Assembly: GCA_964016885.1 (NCBI GenBank)
Contig: OZ024743.1
Location: 375,658,001 to 375,722,000, forward strand
From: Eledone cirrhosa
Lineage: Eukaryota
Direction: 5' to 3'
DNA length: 64,000 bases
The notes below the pieces were generated by a model. That model worked only from the letters and a program-made list of their open reading frames with translations. It had not been told where the DNA came from and made no database searches. Made by a program: the position numbers and the translations under genes. This document shows, in pieces, positions 28,701 through 42,831 of this stretch (its first letter is position 1; each line of letters opens with the position of its first letter).

Positions 28701-31700
28701 TTCATTTTATTTTCTTAATTTACAGATGTGCCAACAGAAGTTAAAGTTCATATTTATATTAGCAGTTTCGATTCAATTCGGGAATCGGCTATGGTGAGCT
28801 GACTTTCAATTAAATATTTCATTGTTATTTGTTTCTTCTTCTTTCTTTTCTTTTTTTCTCTTTATTTACAACTTGTGGCCCCGTGCCGTAAATAATGATT
28901 TATAATTTAAGCATAAGTTCAACGAGAAACTTGATAATAACAACACCTATACTTTATTGGTACTTTATTTTACTGACGCCAGAATGATGAAAGGCAAACT
29001 TGTCGCTCTTAAGGTGCAATTTTTTTATTTGAAAGTAGTGAGTTTTTCCAACACTGGAAGTCGTGAATGGTATGTGTTTTAAGCTATGTTCTGATCTAAG
29101 CTTGATTGTATTTATTTCTGAACTAGAATGAAGTGTTGAAGTGGGTATGTGTATGTTAGCCACAGGGTGTTGAGTTCTAGCTTGTTGTTGATTTGGAAGT
29201 TGAGTTTAGCTATTAGAACAGATTCTTTGATTCTGAGATTGCCAGTATTTCCATCCATGAATTCGCTAATAGATATTATTTAGTTATTTGTGTTTGAGTG
29301 TATGTGGGCGACAACAGATATCCTGCGCCGAAGTAGTTGCCTCAATTATTCTTTTAAGGAAGAGATTTTATCCCGAAACAGAAAGAGCAATAAAGAACTC
29401 TAAGGTAACATATAGGACCGTACCATTTTTATATTTCTAACATCTAAGACTATACCAGTTTTGTATGTCTATCATCAAGGATATACCATTTTTAGAAAAT
29501 ACTATGTTTTACTAGAAGGCTACAGCAATGCAAATGAGGCATCAAATGTTAAGAATAATTCTAATTAAGATGTTAGAATGTTACTTTGGAGTTGTTTAAT
29601 ATATTTCGGAATAAAATTCCCCCCTCAAAAAAATAATTTAGGAAACTAATTTGGAGAAAGGTATCTTGTGTCGTTCTTATGTTGTCCTGTTTTTTAGTTT
29701 GAAAGTGGTGAACATCTAGGACTATACCATTTTTGGTATTTCTACTATCTAGAACTATACCATTTTTTGTATTTCTACTATCTAGGACTATACCATTTTT
29801 TGTATTTCTACTATCTAGGACTATACCAATTTTGGTATTTCTACTATCTAGGACTATACCATTTTTTTGTATTTCTACTATCTAGGACTATACCATTTTT
29901 GGTATTTCTACTATCTAGGACTATACCATTTTTGGTATTTCTACTATCTAGGACTATACCATTTTTGGTATTTCTACTATCTAGGAATATACTATTTTTT
30001 GTATTTCTACTATCTAGGAATATACTATTTTTTGTATTTCTACTATCTAGGACTATACCATTTTTTGTATTTCTACTATCTAGGACTATACCATTTTTTT
30101 GTATTTCTACTATCTAGGACTATACCATTTTTGGTATTTCTACGATCTAGGAATATACTATTTTTTGTATTTCTACTATCTAGGACTATACCATTTTTTT
30201 GTATTTCTACTATCTAGGACTATACCATTTTTTGTATTTCTACTATCTAGGACTATACCATTTTTGGTATTTCTACTATCTAGGACTATACCATTTTTTG
30301 TATTTCTACTATCTAGGACTATACCAATTTTGGTATTTCTACTATCTAGGACTATACCATTTTTTGTATTTCTACTATCTAGGACTATACAATGAACTTC
30401 ATAATAACGCAGAAATGGACTGATCCCAGATTAAACTACACCGGGACAAGTAATGCAGAGATTCTGGAACTCGACACTCGCATCATGAACTGTATTTGGG
30501 TACCAGATTTATATTTCGCTAATGAGAAAAAAGCATCCTTCCACGAGGTGACAGTACCAAACAAGATGATGCACCTCCATCGGAATGGAACAGTGGTATA
30601 TCGTGCGAGGTAAATTGAATGGGGGACATTGTTGTTGTTGTTGTTATCATCCTCTTGGTCGTTGTCGTCGCATGGTATCTAGAGTGCCGTCATATGCTCG
30701 TGACCCTTTACCAGATTGACAATGCGATAGGCGGCCAGACAACACTTTATTGTTAACTAAAATAATTGTTTCTTCTTTTGGCACAAGTCCAGCAATTACC
30801 CCAGTGCATTACTGGTGCTTTATTTTATCGACCCCGTAAGGATGAAAGGCAAAGTTAACCTCTGCGGCATTTGAACTTTGATCGTAAAGAGCCTTAACTA
30901 TATACTCAAAGCATGGCGTCCACTCCACTCTACCGATTTTGCAAATCCACCGCCCTTATTATTGTTAATTATAATAACTAGCAGAAAAACCACCCTTCGC
31001 GTGGTTTTCTGCTAGCATGTGTAGTGTGTATATTGATATTATACGCAAGTATATATACATGTAGATATGATACATGTGTAGTGTGTATATTGATATTATA
31101 CGCACGTATATATACATGTAGATATAATACATGTGTAGTGTGTATATTGATATTATACGCAAGTATATATACATGTAGATATGATACATCAAATAAAATC
31201 GTAATTGACAATATACACAGAAATTGAACGAAGACTACGTTACACTCTCTTATTTAATCAGTAACGTAATCCACGATACATTAAAAAAAAGGCTATTATA
31301 TATGAACTGCATTAGGAGAAAATTAGTGACAGAAAATTAGTATGTTTATTTAAGCGATCGCCACCGGAAGTGTTGACATTTGAAAATTTTAAAGAAGTGA
31401 ATCTTTAAATATATAATAAAATATATTTAATGAACAGCCACGAAATTTAGTAGATAAATTATGTAATATTCATTCATTATTTATTCAAAGTAATCCAACT
31501 TATTTTACTAATGGGATAAAAAAAATTATAAACCGCACGCAATCCCGCACTCCTTACTTTATTATAGTTTAGATAATAATTACTTTGATATCTCAGTCAT
31601 TGATGTTATTTAACCGGAAAATTTGCCTACCTGCAACCTCAGATATTCATGACGTATCAGAGGGTCCTTGCTGATTTCAGTAGGCATGCCTTCTGGAGTG

Positions 31701-32501
31701 TCCCCCCCCCCAAAAAAAGGGGGGGGGGCTAGACTAATATTTTTTAACCAGCCTTGGAAGCTCTTCGGGATAGTACGTAGTGTCCCTATGATGATGGGGA
31801 CGACCTTGATCTCATGACAATTCCAAATCCTTTCAGTAACCACCTTAGATCCTGGTACCGGTTAATTTTCTCTTTCTCCTTTTCTTGCACTCTTGTGACA
31901 AAGGGGCAAGCTACATTTATAATCAAGCAAGATCTTTATTTCCGACAAAAACCACCAGGTCAGGCCTATTGTGTTCTAATCCTTTGTCTGTTTGTATCCT
32001 GAAATCCCACAGCATCTTCACCCGATCGCTTTCTATCACTGACTCTGGCTTATGCTCCTCATACCATTTCTCAGAATGAGGTAATTTGTACAGTTTGCAA
32101 TAATAATAATAATTGTTTCTTCTTTAGGCACAAGGCCAGCAATTAGAAATGGGGGAAAGTCGATTAAATCGATTCCAATGCATTACTGGTGCTTTATTCG
32201 ATCGACCCCGTAAAGATGAAAGGCAAAGCTAACCTCAGATCGTATAGTTACGCCCCCTTACGATATGAGTTCAAATCCCGCCAAGGTTAACTTTGCCATT
32301 CATCCTTACGGGGTCGATAAAATAAAGTACCAGTCACACACTGGGGTTGATTTAATCGGCTCCCCCCACCCCCCAAAAAGCATTGCTGGCCTTGTGCCTA
32401 AAGTAGAAACAATTATTATTATTATTATCATCAAACTCGGCTATGCTTGCATATGTGCATGTCTATACAAAATAATACATTCTCTCTTTCTTTCTCTTTC
32501 T

Positions 32502-32579
<78 letters not shown>

Positions 32580-35500
32580 CTTTTCCAGGTTGACAATGAC
32601 ATCGGCATGTCCTATGACACTTGAGAAATTCCCACTTGATACACAGATGTGTTCAGTTGTCATTAAAAGTTGTAAGTATTCTCCTCTTCACCACTACAGC
32701 AAGTACTCTCTCTCCTCTTCACCACTACATACAGCAAGTACTCTCTCTCCTCTTCACCACTACATACAGCAAGTACTCTCTCTCCTCTTCACCACTACAT
32801 ACAGGAAGTACTCTCTCTCCTCTTCACCACTACATACAGAAAGTACTCTCTCTCCTCTTCACCACTACATACAGGAAGTACTCTCTCTCCTCTTCACCAC
32901 TACATACAGGAAGTACTCTCTCTCCTCTTCACCACTACATACAGGAAGTACTCTCTCTCCTCTTCACCACTACATACAGCAAGTACTCTCTCTCCTCTTC
33001 AACACTACATACAGGAAGTACTCTCTCTCCTCTTCACCACTACATACAGGAAGTACTCTCTCTCCTCTTCAACACTACATACAGCAAGTACTCTCTCTCC
33101 TCTTCACCACTACATACAGGAAGTACTCTCTCTCCTCTTCACCACTACATACAGGAAGTACTCTCTCTCCTCTTCAACACTACATACAGGAAGTACTCTC
33201 TCTCCTCTTCAACACTACATACAGGAAGTACTCTCTCTCCTCTTCACCACTACATACAGGAAGTACTCTCTCTCCTCTTCAACACTACATACAGGAAGTA
33301 CTCTCTCTCCTCTTCAACACTACATACAGCAAGTACTCTCTCTCCTCTTCACCACTACATACAGGAAGTACTCTCTCTCCTCTTCACCACTACATACAGG
33401 AAGTACTCTCTCTCCTCTTCAACACTACATACAGCAAGTACTCTCTCTCCTCTTCAACACTACATACAGCAAGTACTCTCTCTCCTCTTCACCACTACAT
33501 ACAGGAAGTACTCTCTCTCCTCTTCAACACTACATACAGCAAGTACTCTCTCTCCTCTTCAACACTACATACAGGAAGTACTCTCTCTCCTCTTCAACAC
33601 TACATACAGGAAGTACTCTCTCTCCTCTTCACCACTACATACAGCAAGTACTCTCTCTCCTCTTCACCACTACAGCAAGTACTCTCTCTCCTCTTCACCA
33701 CTACATACAGGAAGTACTCTCTCTCCTCTTCAACACTACATACAGCAAGTACTCTCTCTCCTCTTCAACACTACATACAGGAAGTACTCTCTCTCCTCTT
33801 CAACACTACATACAGAAAGTACTCTCTCTCCTCTTCACCACTACATACAGCAAGTACTCTCTCTCCTCTTCACCACTACATACAGAAAGTACTCTCTCTC
33901 CTCTTCACCACTACATACAGAAAGTACTCTCTCTCCTCTTCACCACTACATACAGAAAGTACTCTCTCTCCTCTTCACCACTACATACAGAAAGTACTCT
34001 CTCTCCTCTTCACCACTACATACAGGAAGTACTCTCTCTCCTCTTCACCACTACATACAGCAAGTACTCTCTCTCCTCTTCACCACTACAGCAAGTACTC
34101 TCTCTCCTCTTCACCACTACATACAGGAAGTACTCTCTCTCCTCTTCACCACTACATACAGGAAGTACTCTCTCTCCTCTTCACCACTACATACAGAAAG
34201 TACTCTCTCTCCTCTTCACCACTACATACAGGAAGTACTCTCTCTCCTCTTCACCACTACATACAGCAAGTACTCTCTCTCCTCTTCAACACTACATACA
34301 GGAAGTACTCTCTCTCCTCTTCACCACTACATACAGGAAGTACTCTCTCTCCTCTTCAACACTACATACAGGAAGTACTCTCTCTCCTCTTCAACACTAC
34401 ATACAGCAAGTACTCTCTCTCCTCTTCACCACTACATACAGCAAGTACTCTCTCTCCTCTTCACCACTACATACAGGAAGTACTCTCTCTCCTCTTCAAC
34501 ACTACATACAGGAAGTACTCTCTCTCCTCTTCACCACTACAGCAAGTACTCTCTCTCCTCTTCACCACTACATACAGGAAGTACTCTCTCTCCTCTTCAA
34601 CACTACATACAGGAAGTACTCTCTCTCCTCTTCACCACTACATACAGCAAGTACTCTCTCTCCTCTTCAACACTACATACAGGAAGTACTCTCTCTCCTC
34701 TTCACCACTACATACAGCAAGTACTCTCTCTCCTCTTCACCACTACAGCAAGTACTCTCTCTCCTCTTCACCACTACATACAGGAAGTACTCTCTCTCTC
34801 CTCTTCAACACTACATACAGGAAGTACTCTCTCTCCTCTTCAACACTACATACAGGAAGTACTCTCTCTCCTCTTCAACACTACATACAGGAAGTACTCT
34901 CTCTCCTCTTCAACACTACATACAGGAAGTACTCTCTCTCCTCTTCAACACTACATACAGGAAGTACTCTCTCTCCTCTTCAACGCTACATACAGGAAGT
35001 ACTCTCTCTCCTCTTCACCACTACATACAGAAAGTACTCTCGGCTCCCAAATGACAGAGGCTGGAATAAGCGGGGGGAGGGTTAGAATAAGCGGGGGGGT
35101 TAGAATAAGCGGGGGTTAGAATAAGCGGGGGTGTAATAAGCGGGGGGGTTAGAATAAGCGGGGGGTTAGAATAAGCGGGCGGTTAGAATAAGCGGGGGGT
35201 TAGAATAAGCGGGGGGTTAGAATAAGCGGGGGTGCAATAAGCGGGGTGGTTAGAATAAGCGGGGGTTAGAATAAGCGGGGGTGCAATAAGCGGGGGGTTA
35301 GAATAAGCGGGGGTTAGAATAAGCGGGGGTTAGAATAAGCGGGGGTGCAATAAGCGGGGAGGTTAGAATAAGCGGGGGTTAGAATAAGCGGGGGGTTAGA
35401 ATAAGCGGGGGTTAGAATAAGCGGGGGGTTAGAATAAGCGGGGGGTTAGAATAAGCGGGGGTTAGAATAAGCGGGGGGTTAGAATAAGCGGGGGGTTAGA

Positions 35501-37066
35501 ATAAGCGGGGGGTTAGAATAAGCGGGGGTTAGAATAAGCGGGGGGTTAGAATAAGCGGGGGTTAGAATAAGCGGGGGTTAGAATAAGCGGGGGTTAGAAT
35601 AAGCGGGGGTTAGAATAAGCGGGGAGGTTAGAATAAGCGGGGGTTAGAATAAGCGGGGGGTTAGAATAAGCGGGGGTTAGAATAAGCGGGGTGGTTAGAA
35701 TAAGCGGGGGTTAGAATAAGCGGGGGGTTAGAATAAGCGGGGGTTAGAATAAGCGGGGGGTTAGAATAAGCGGGGGTTAGAATAAGCGGGGGGTTAGAAT
35801 AAGCGGGGGTTAGAATAAGCGGGGGTTAGAATAAGCGGGGGGTTAGAATAAGCGGGGGGTTAGAATAAGCGGGGGTGCAATAAGCGGGGGGTTAGAATAA
35901 GCGGGGTGTTATAATAAGCGGGGGTTAGAATAAGCGGGGGTTAGAATAAGCGGGGGGTTAGAATAAGCGGGGGTGCAATAAGCGGGGGGTAGAATAAGCG
36001 GGGGTTGTAATAAGCGGGGGGTAGAATAAGCGGGGGTTGTAATAAGCGGGGGGGTTAGAATAAGCGGGGGTTAGAATAAGCGGGGGGTTAGAATAAGCGG
36101 GGGTTAGAATAAGCGGGGGCTAGAATAAGCGGGGGTTGTAATAAGCGGGGGTTAGAATAAGCGGGGGTGCAATAAGCGGGGGTTTAGAATAAGCGGGGGT
36201 TGTAATAAGCGGGGGGGGGTAGAATAAGCGGGGGGGGGTTAGAATAAGCGGGGGTTGTAATAAGCGGGGGGGGGTAGAATAAGCGGGGGTTGTAATAAGC
36301 GGGGGGGGGTTAGAATAAGCGGGGGTTAGAATAAGCGGGGGGTTAGAATAAGCGGGGGGTTAGAATAAGCGGGGGTGCAATAAGCGGGGGGGTTAGAATA
36401 AGCGGGGTTTGTAATAAGCGGGGGGGAGAATAAGCGGGGGTTGTAATAAGCGGGGGGGGGTAGAATAAGCGGGGGTGCAATAAGCGGGGGTTTAGAAGAA
36501 TAAGCGGGGCTTAGAATAAGCGGGGGTTAGAATAAGCGGGGGTTAGAATAAGCGGGGGGTTAGAATAAGCGGGGTGTAGAATAAGCGGGGGGTAGAATAA
36601 GCGGGGGTTGTAATAAGCGGAGGGGGTTAGAATAAGCGGGGGTTAGAATAAGCTGGGGTTGTAATAAGCGGGGGGGGGTAGAATAAGCGGGGGTTAGAAT
36701 AAGCGGGGGTTGTAATAAGCGGGGGGGGGGTAGAATAAGCGGGGGGTTAGAATAAGCGGGGGTGCAATAAGCGGGGAAGTTGGAATAGGCGTGGGGTGGA
36801 AAACCGGTAATCTTTCAAGGTTGTCGCTGTTGATATTTTTGTAAGAACCAGAATTAGTTGTTTAGTTTACATCTTGAGACCTCTAATCCATCCTATTTAT
36901 TTTATAACGTATGGGATTTCTAATAATGTACTTTTTTGTCGTGTATAATGTTTTTTAATGTATAAAGAAAATTAATTGTCACAGAAATGCCTTGCCCGGA
37001 CTTGTGCCTCGGGAAGAAACATTCTAGGTGCAAAACCATGGTCATTGGTGACCGATGGGTGCCTTG

Positions 37067-37113
<47 letters not shown>

Positions 37114-39425
37114 TTTATTCTCACATTCAAATGTGTCATTGTTTACCTTGTTGCAGTTGTTTACACGCCAGATAATGTAGTCTTCCGCTGGGAACAAGGT
37201 AATGCCATTACATACAACAAGGAAATGGAAATGGCCCAGTTCGAAATCGGAGAAATTACAAACGCAGACTGCACCGGACACTTTGAAGGTATGGGTTTAT
37301 TATGCATGTTTGTATGTGTGGTGTGGAGCATGGGGAGCGTGTGTCTTTGTGTACGTGTCTGTGTGTGCATGTGAGCGTGTCTCAATTCTCGCCTTAATCG
37401 GGTTCATACAACACATGCCAGGAGAGCCCATCATCTCCATCGATGGGGAATGAAAGACAGCCCAGCATGTGACCGTGGGGATCCTGACCAGACAGTACTA
37501 CATGTTGTTCGGGATTGCCCCCTCCCCCCTCAGACGTTTTCCCGGCAGCCTTGAAGCACTCCATAATGCTGCAAATGACACTTTGGTCTAGCTCACCTGT
37601 CTTGACTCGCCTTTCTAACTATTGTACATGTCATACGACAAAAAAAAAGAATTCTCGTCTAGATCAACATCGCTTTTCACCCTTCTGGGATGGATGAAAT
37701 AAAGTATCACCTAAATACTGTACTCTATATAATTGACTTCCCACTTTTCCCCAAAACTGCTTGCTTTATGCTAATGATAGAAAGAACTAGACCACCCGTT
37801 ACCCGCTGGGGTCATGTTCACTTAATTTTTTCTTTTAAATCATGTTCACTTAAAATAATTTTTAAATAATTAAATATACAGACATGTATATAATGTAAAA
37901 TGAAATTTCAATCTACTCTCTCACAACCACTATCTCTTTCTCTCTATCGTTCTCTCTATTTATGAAGGTACCCAGAAAAAACCCCGAATCTCGGGACCCG
38001 TGCTCCGATTTACGCGAAACTTGTTTTATTCCATTCGTATTCCCATTTCAGGGGCAACTTCCTTTCAAAGTATGTTCCCCTTATGCGTCGTTTTGGCTGC
38101 ATCAAATTACAGACAAGCGCACAATCACCTAATTTTAGTAGTAGATTATCTTTTTATCTTATTTCTATCTTTTTCTTTCTCTTCAGAAAACAACTTTACC
38201 TGTATCCAAGCCGACATTTTCCTAAATCGGAAATTTGAATTTTTCCTACTCCACGTATTTATCCCTAGCACTTTGATTGTTGTCATTTCTTGGGTATCCT
38301 TTTGGTTACCAATTGATGCTGTTCCCGCCAGAATAGCACTGGGTAGTACAACCGTTCTAACAATGATCACGCAACGTCAAAGTACAGCCATATCTCTTCC
38401 TCCAGTGAGTTACATCAAAGCCATCGATGTGTGGACAGTATCGTGTTTGGTATTCGTGTTCGCGGCATTACTAGAGTACGCTTTGGTCAGCATCTACTCA
38501 AGACGAGAAGTTAAACGGATTATGATAAAACTTGTACCTTCAAAAGAAACAAAGGGAAGTTTTATCAAATCGAAATCAGTGAGTATTTCTTCTTCTCTCT
38601 TTTTTGCCAAAGAGTATGATACAGTAATATCTGCATAAATACTAAGTGTGTGACAGAAACTGCACCAACGTGTATAAATATATACACATTTAATATATAG
38701 CTATGTAAATATACCAGAAATTAAGAATTTTCCTGGAAATTGAAAACATGATAAACATCTTTCATCGATGTTCAGATCTAATGGGACCCTCGTCAGAAGA
38801 CCTATATATCATCCAATGAACCACAACGAAGCATGTATTTGATCGGTATATATACCCATTCACTCTTAGTAGTATTCTGAAATGGACATGTTAATTTGTA
38901 TTACTGCACGTGTTGGTAATTTATATATATATATAATTGTTTCTACTTTTGGCACAAGGCCAGTAATTACCCAGTACATTACTGGTACTTTATTTTATCG
39001 ACCCCGGCGGGATTTGAACTCAGAATAGGAAGGGCCGTAACTCTATGCGTCAAAGCATGACGTCCGACCCTCTCCCGATACTGCCAATCCACCGCCCTTA
39101 TATATAAATGCAATGTATATATAAGCAAGTATTGCAGCAAGAAAAATATAAACATCGATGAGAAGTGAGATTAGGGATTAATTGCTTTAACATATGTTTC
39201 TGTGTCTACCTTCACATACATGTGTGAGTGTGTTGAAGAGGTTCACTTTAAATTCAATATATATAGATAGAATAGATAGCTACTAGAGGCTCATCTAGAT
39301 AAGTAAACCTCTGTGACGAGGTTTCAAATATTGCAGGGTTTTGGTAGATATATATAAGTATATAGGTATATAGTACAACAATATAAAGGCTAAAAAAATT
39401 TAAAGCTCGATATAATTTTATAGGC

Positions 39426-39487
<62 letters not shown>

Positions 39488-42400
39488 AATTTAAAGTTAA
39501 CTTTAAAGTGAACCTATTCAACACACGTCTTTTCTTTTACTATGAAAAATTATCTAAGTTGAGCACATTTTTTAATGTATATAAACTGTGTGTGTGTGTA
39601 ATACATATAGTGAAAGATGGACAACAGATGCCTCAGTGAGGAATCAGACCCTGTATCCCTAGAATGTATATAAAGGATAAATAGTATGTTACAAATGTCC
39701 TTGCGCAAAAAAATATAGAAGTTCTTCATAGAATAATTAAATATATATTGTTACAGTATTGGTAGTTGAATTAATATTTCATGATTTACAGTTGCATATA
39801 CCGAACATCAAATATACATCAGAAATATTTATATGTTACAGAATTAGTGCTTGTAATGTCAACGGATGATTAGGTAGGCCCATAAAGCATATGGAGGGCG
39901 TAGAGTCTTGTTTCTGTAAGGAAATTAATAAATTCTTTAGACGAGATAATCATGATTGGGAATTCTAAAATGTTGTCATATTTTAAAGTGTTTAATCAAT
40001 TGTATTTATATGTTTTCATAATGCTTCTCGGCTTTGTAAATTCACTTTAATCTGATGATCTTTTGTTTTTAAAATACGCTAGAAGGAATTTTCTGAAGTG
40101 TCTAAATGTGTTGAAATTTTCAGACATCATATTTGTGAAGATTTTGTACTAAGAAATTATTTTCAATGCTACAGAAATTACAAGTTATCTCGTGCATGTA
40201 TGGCTTGCATTTTCAACAAGTGCAGACATTTAGAGAAATTCCTTCCGGCAGGAAAACCTCAGGACACGAGAGATTAAGTAGATTTTAAATACCAAGACAC
40301 ATCGTGAAAACAAGCACACAGTTCATATCTTTTAATATTGGAAAAATTTCAGAATTAACAAACTAAAATATCTCGTCGAATTGAATTAAACGACCGACCG
40401 AAAACAAAGAGTTTCACCACCTTACACTATACTATACATGACTGCTAATCAAAAGCCCTTACTAAACTGTATCCTTCAGCATGCGGAGATTCTTCCCTTC
40501 TCTAGTTTTGGTATAGACAAGAAGTTTTATATCATAATAACTGCATATATAGTTATTTGAATATGACAAAGCCGGCCATTAATCGCTCGTATACATGAAA
40601 CAGACTGGCTGATATGCAAATCTGGTTGATCAGTGGGTCTGCTGATATACAGATCTGACTGATCAGGCAGTCTGATAATATACAAGACAGGCCGATCAGT
40701 CACTGTATATTTTAGAAAATATCATATATTTTCACTAGTTCTGACAGTTGGAAGGTAAGCAGTATACTGTAGTGATGAAGGGTTACCCAGAAACATTCGT
40801 GTACATGCCAATACAAGAGCAAGAATGATGGGGGCCATTCTACTGACATGGCTTATAAGAGGCTGTCCATTCTGAGTTCAAATCACGCCGAGGTTAACTT
40901 TGCCTTTCATCCTTACGGGGTCGATAAAATAAAGTACCAGTAATGCACTGGGGTAATTGTTGGCCTTGTGCCAAAAGTAGAAACAATTATTATTAATATC
41001 GAGAAACTTAGATTACATTTATTGCATTCAGCCATGGAGAGCAATACACTATTTGTTTTATATATATACTAGCATTAAAGCCCGGCGTTGCTCGGGGTCA
41101 TTAAGTTACCAAAGTTAGGTTGCAGCACTTTTTTGTCTGCCAGGCACTGGGTGAATGAATTGCAGACCTGGAAGCATGAGCTGCGCCAGCAGTGACAATT
41201 GTAGTTTCGCCTATGGATATTATCTCTGTGCAAAAAAGTGTTGAAATTTATTGTTTCACAGTACTTGCGCAACACGCGAGTAGACGATGCCAGCCGAACA
41301 ACAGAGCTGCGATGGAGTTGTTCTGCATGGTTGTCTGTGTGTTTTCTAAATTTAAGACAGTAGGGAGGGTTGTGATATGAGGGAGAGTTAGCTGTTGTTT
41401 CTAGCAGGTTTAGTGACCTCATAGAGGATATGTGTTTTCTAAATTTAAGACAGTAGGGAGTGGTGTGATATGAGGGAGAGTTAGCTGCTGTTTCTAGCAG
41501 GTTTAGTGACCTCATAGAGGATATGTGTTTTCTAAATTTAAGACAGTAGGGAGTGGTGTGATATGAGGGAGAGTTAGCTGCTGTTTCTAGCAGGTTTAGT
41601 GACCTCATAGAAGATATGTTTTCTAAATTTAAGACAGTAGAGAGGGGTGTGATATGGGGGAGAGTTAGCTGCTGTTTCTAGCAGGTTTAGTGACCTCATA
41701 GAGGATATGTTTTCTAAATTTAAGACAGTAGGGAGGGGTGTGATATGAGGGAGAGTTAGCTGCTGTTTCTAGCAGGTTTAGTGACCTCATAGAAGATATG
41801 TTTTCTAAATTTAAGACAGTAGGGAGGGGTATGATATGGGGGAGAGTTAGCTGCTGTTTCTAGCAGGTTTAGTAACCTCATAGAGGATATGTGTTTTCTA
41901 AATTTAAGACAGTAGGGAGTGGTGTGATATGAGGGAGAGTTAGCTGCTGTTTCTAGCAGGTTTAGTAACCTCATAGAGGATATGTGTTTTCTAAATTTAA
42001 GACAGTAGGGAGTGGTGTGATATGAGGGAGAGTTAGCTGCTGTTTCTAGCAGGTTTAGTGACCTCATAGAGGATATTATTGTTTATCATCTATATATATA
42101 AAACTGACTGCACGCCTAACGAAATTTACAGATACATATATTTTAAATAAACTTATATAATTTTTGCTTTTTTTACGAAATATTTGCTAGTTTTACGTAG
42201 TCTTTAAATAGACTTGTTTTCAAGTAAAAATTATTGTGTTAATGTTATTTTAAACGCTGAGAAAGCCAGCGTAATTTTTTTAATTTTTGCACGCAGACGC
42301 TCAATGTAAACAGAACAAAGGGAAATAACTGATCACTTATGCTCAAAAATCGATACATTATATTCGATTTCGTCAGATAGGGCGGGTCAATTTGAAATAT

Positions 42401-42533
42401 TTTTTTCCGATGTCTTCGCTAGGGCTCAATGTACAAGTATAGCAATTTCGGTGCAATTCCGTGAGAGATTCTAAGAGGAGATGTGTGCCAAAAATCGATA
42501 GACAGACAGACAACCACAGTTTTATATATATAG

Positions 42534-42605
<72 letters not shown>

Positions 42606-42752
42606 GTATACACACATCATAGAAAATTGAAGCTTTCACCGTATTTTTTACTAAAGAAATTTTAGCCTGATAGTGGGGTTTAGAACCCTCTAAGAAATGG
42701 GTTCTATTTTCTATTCAAACTCGCTCACTAGTTTAAAACAAAGTATATATAT

Positions 42753-42831
<79 letters not shown>

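Noticed and set aside
29715-30390. CRISPR-like appearance of the 33-bp and 35-bp arrays
   Set aside because: The units are contiguous with no unique spacers, there are no cas genes, and the context is eukaryotic introns.
32590-35119. 831-aa and 832-aa ORFs
   Set aside because: They are read-through of a stop-free 35-bp minisatellite. Only 32589-32671 is a real exon, ending at a canonical GTAAGT donor.
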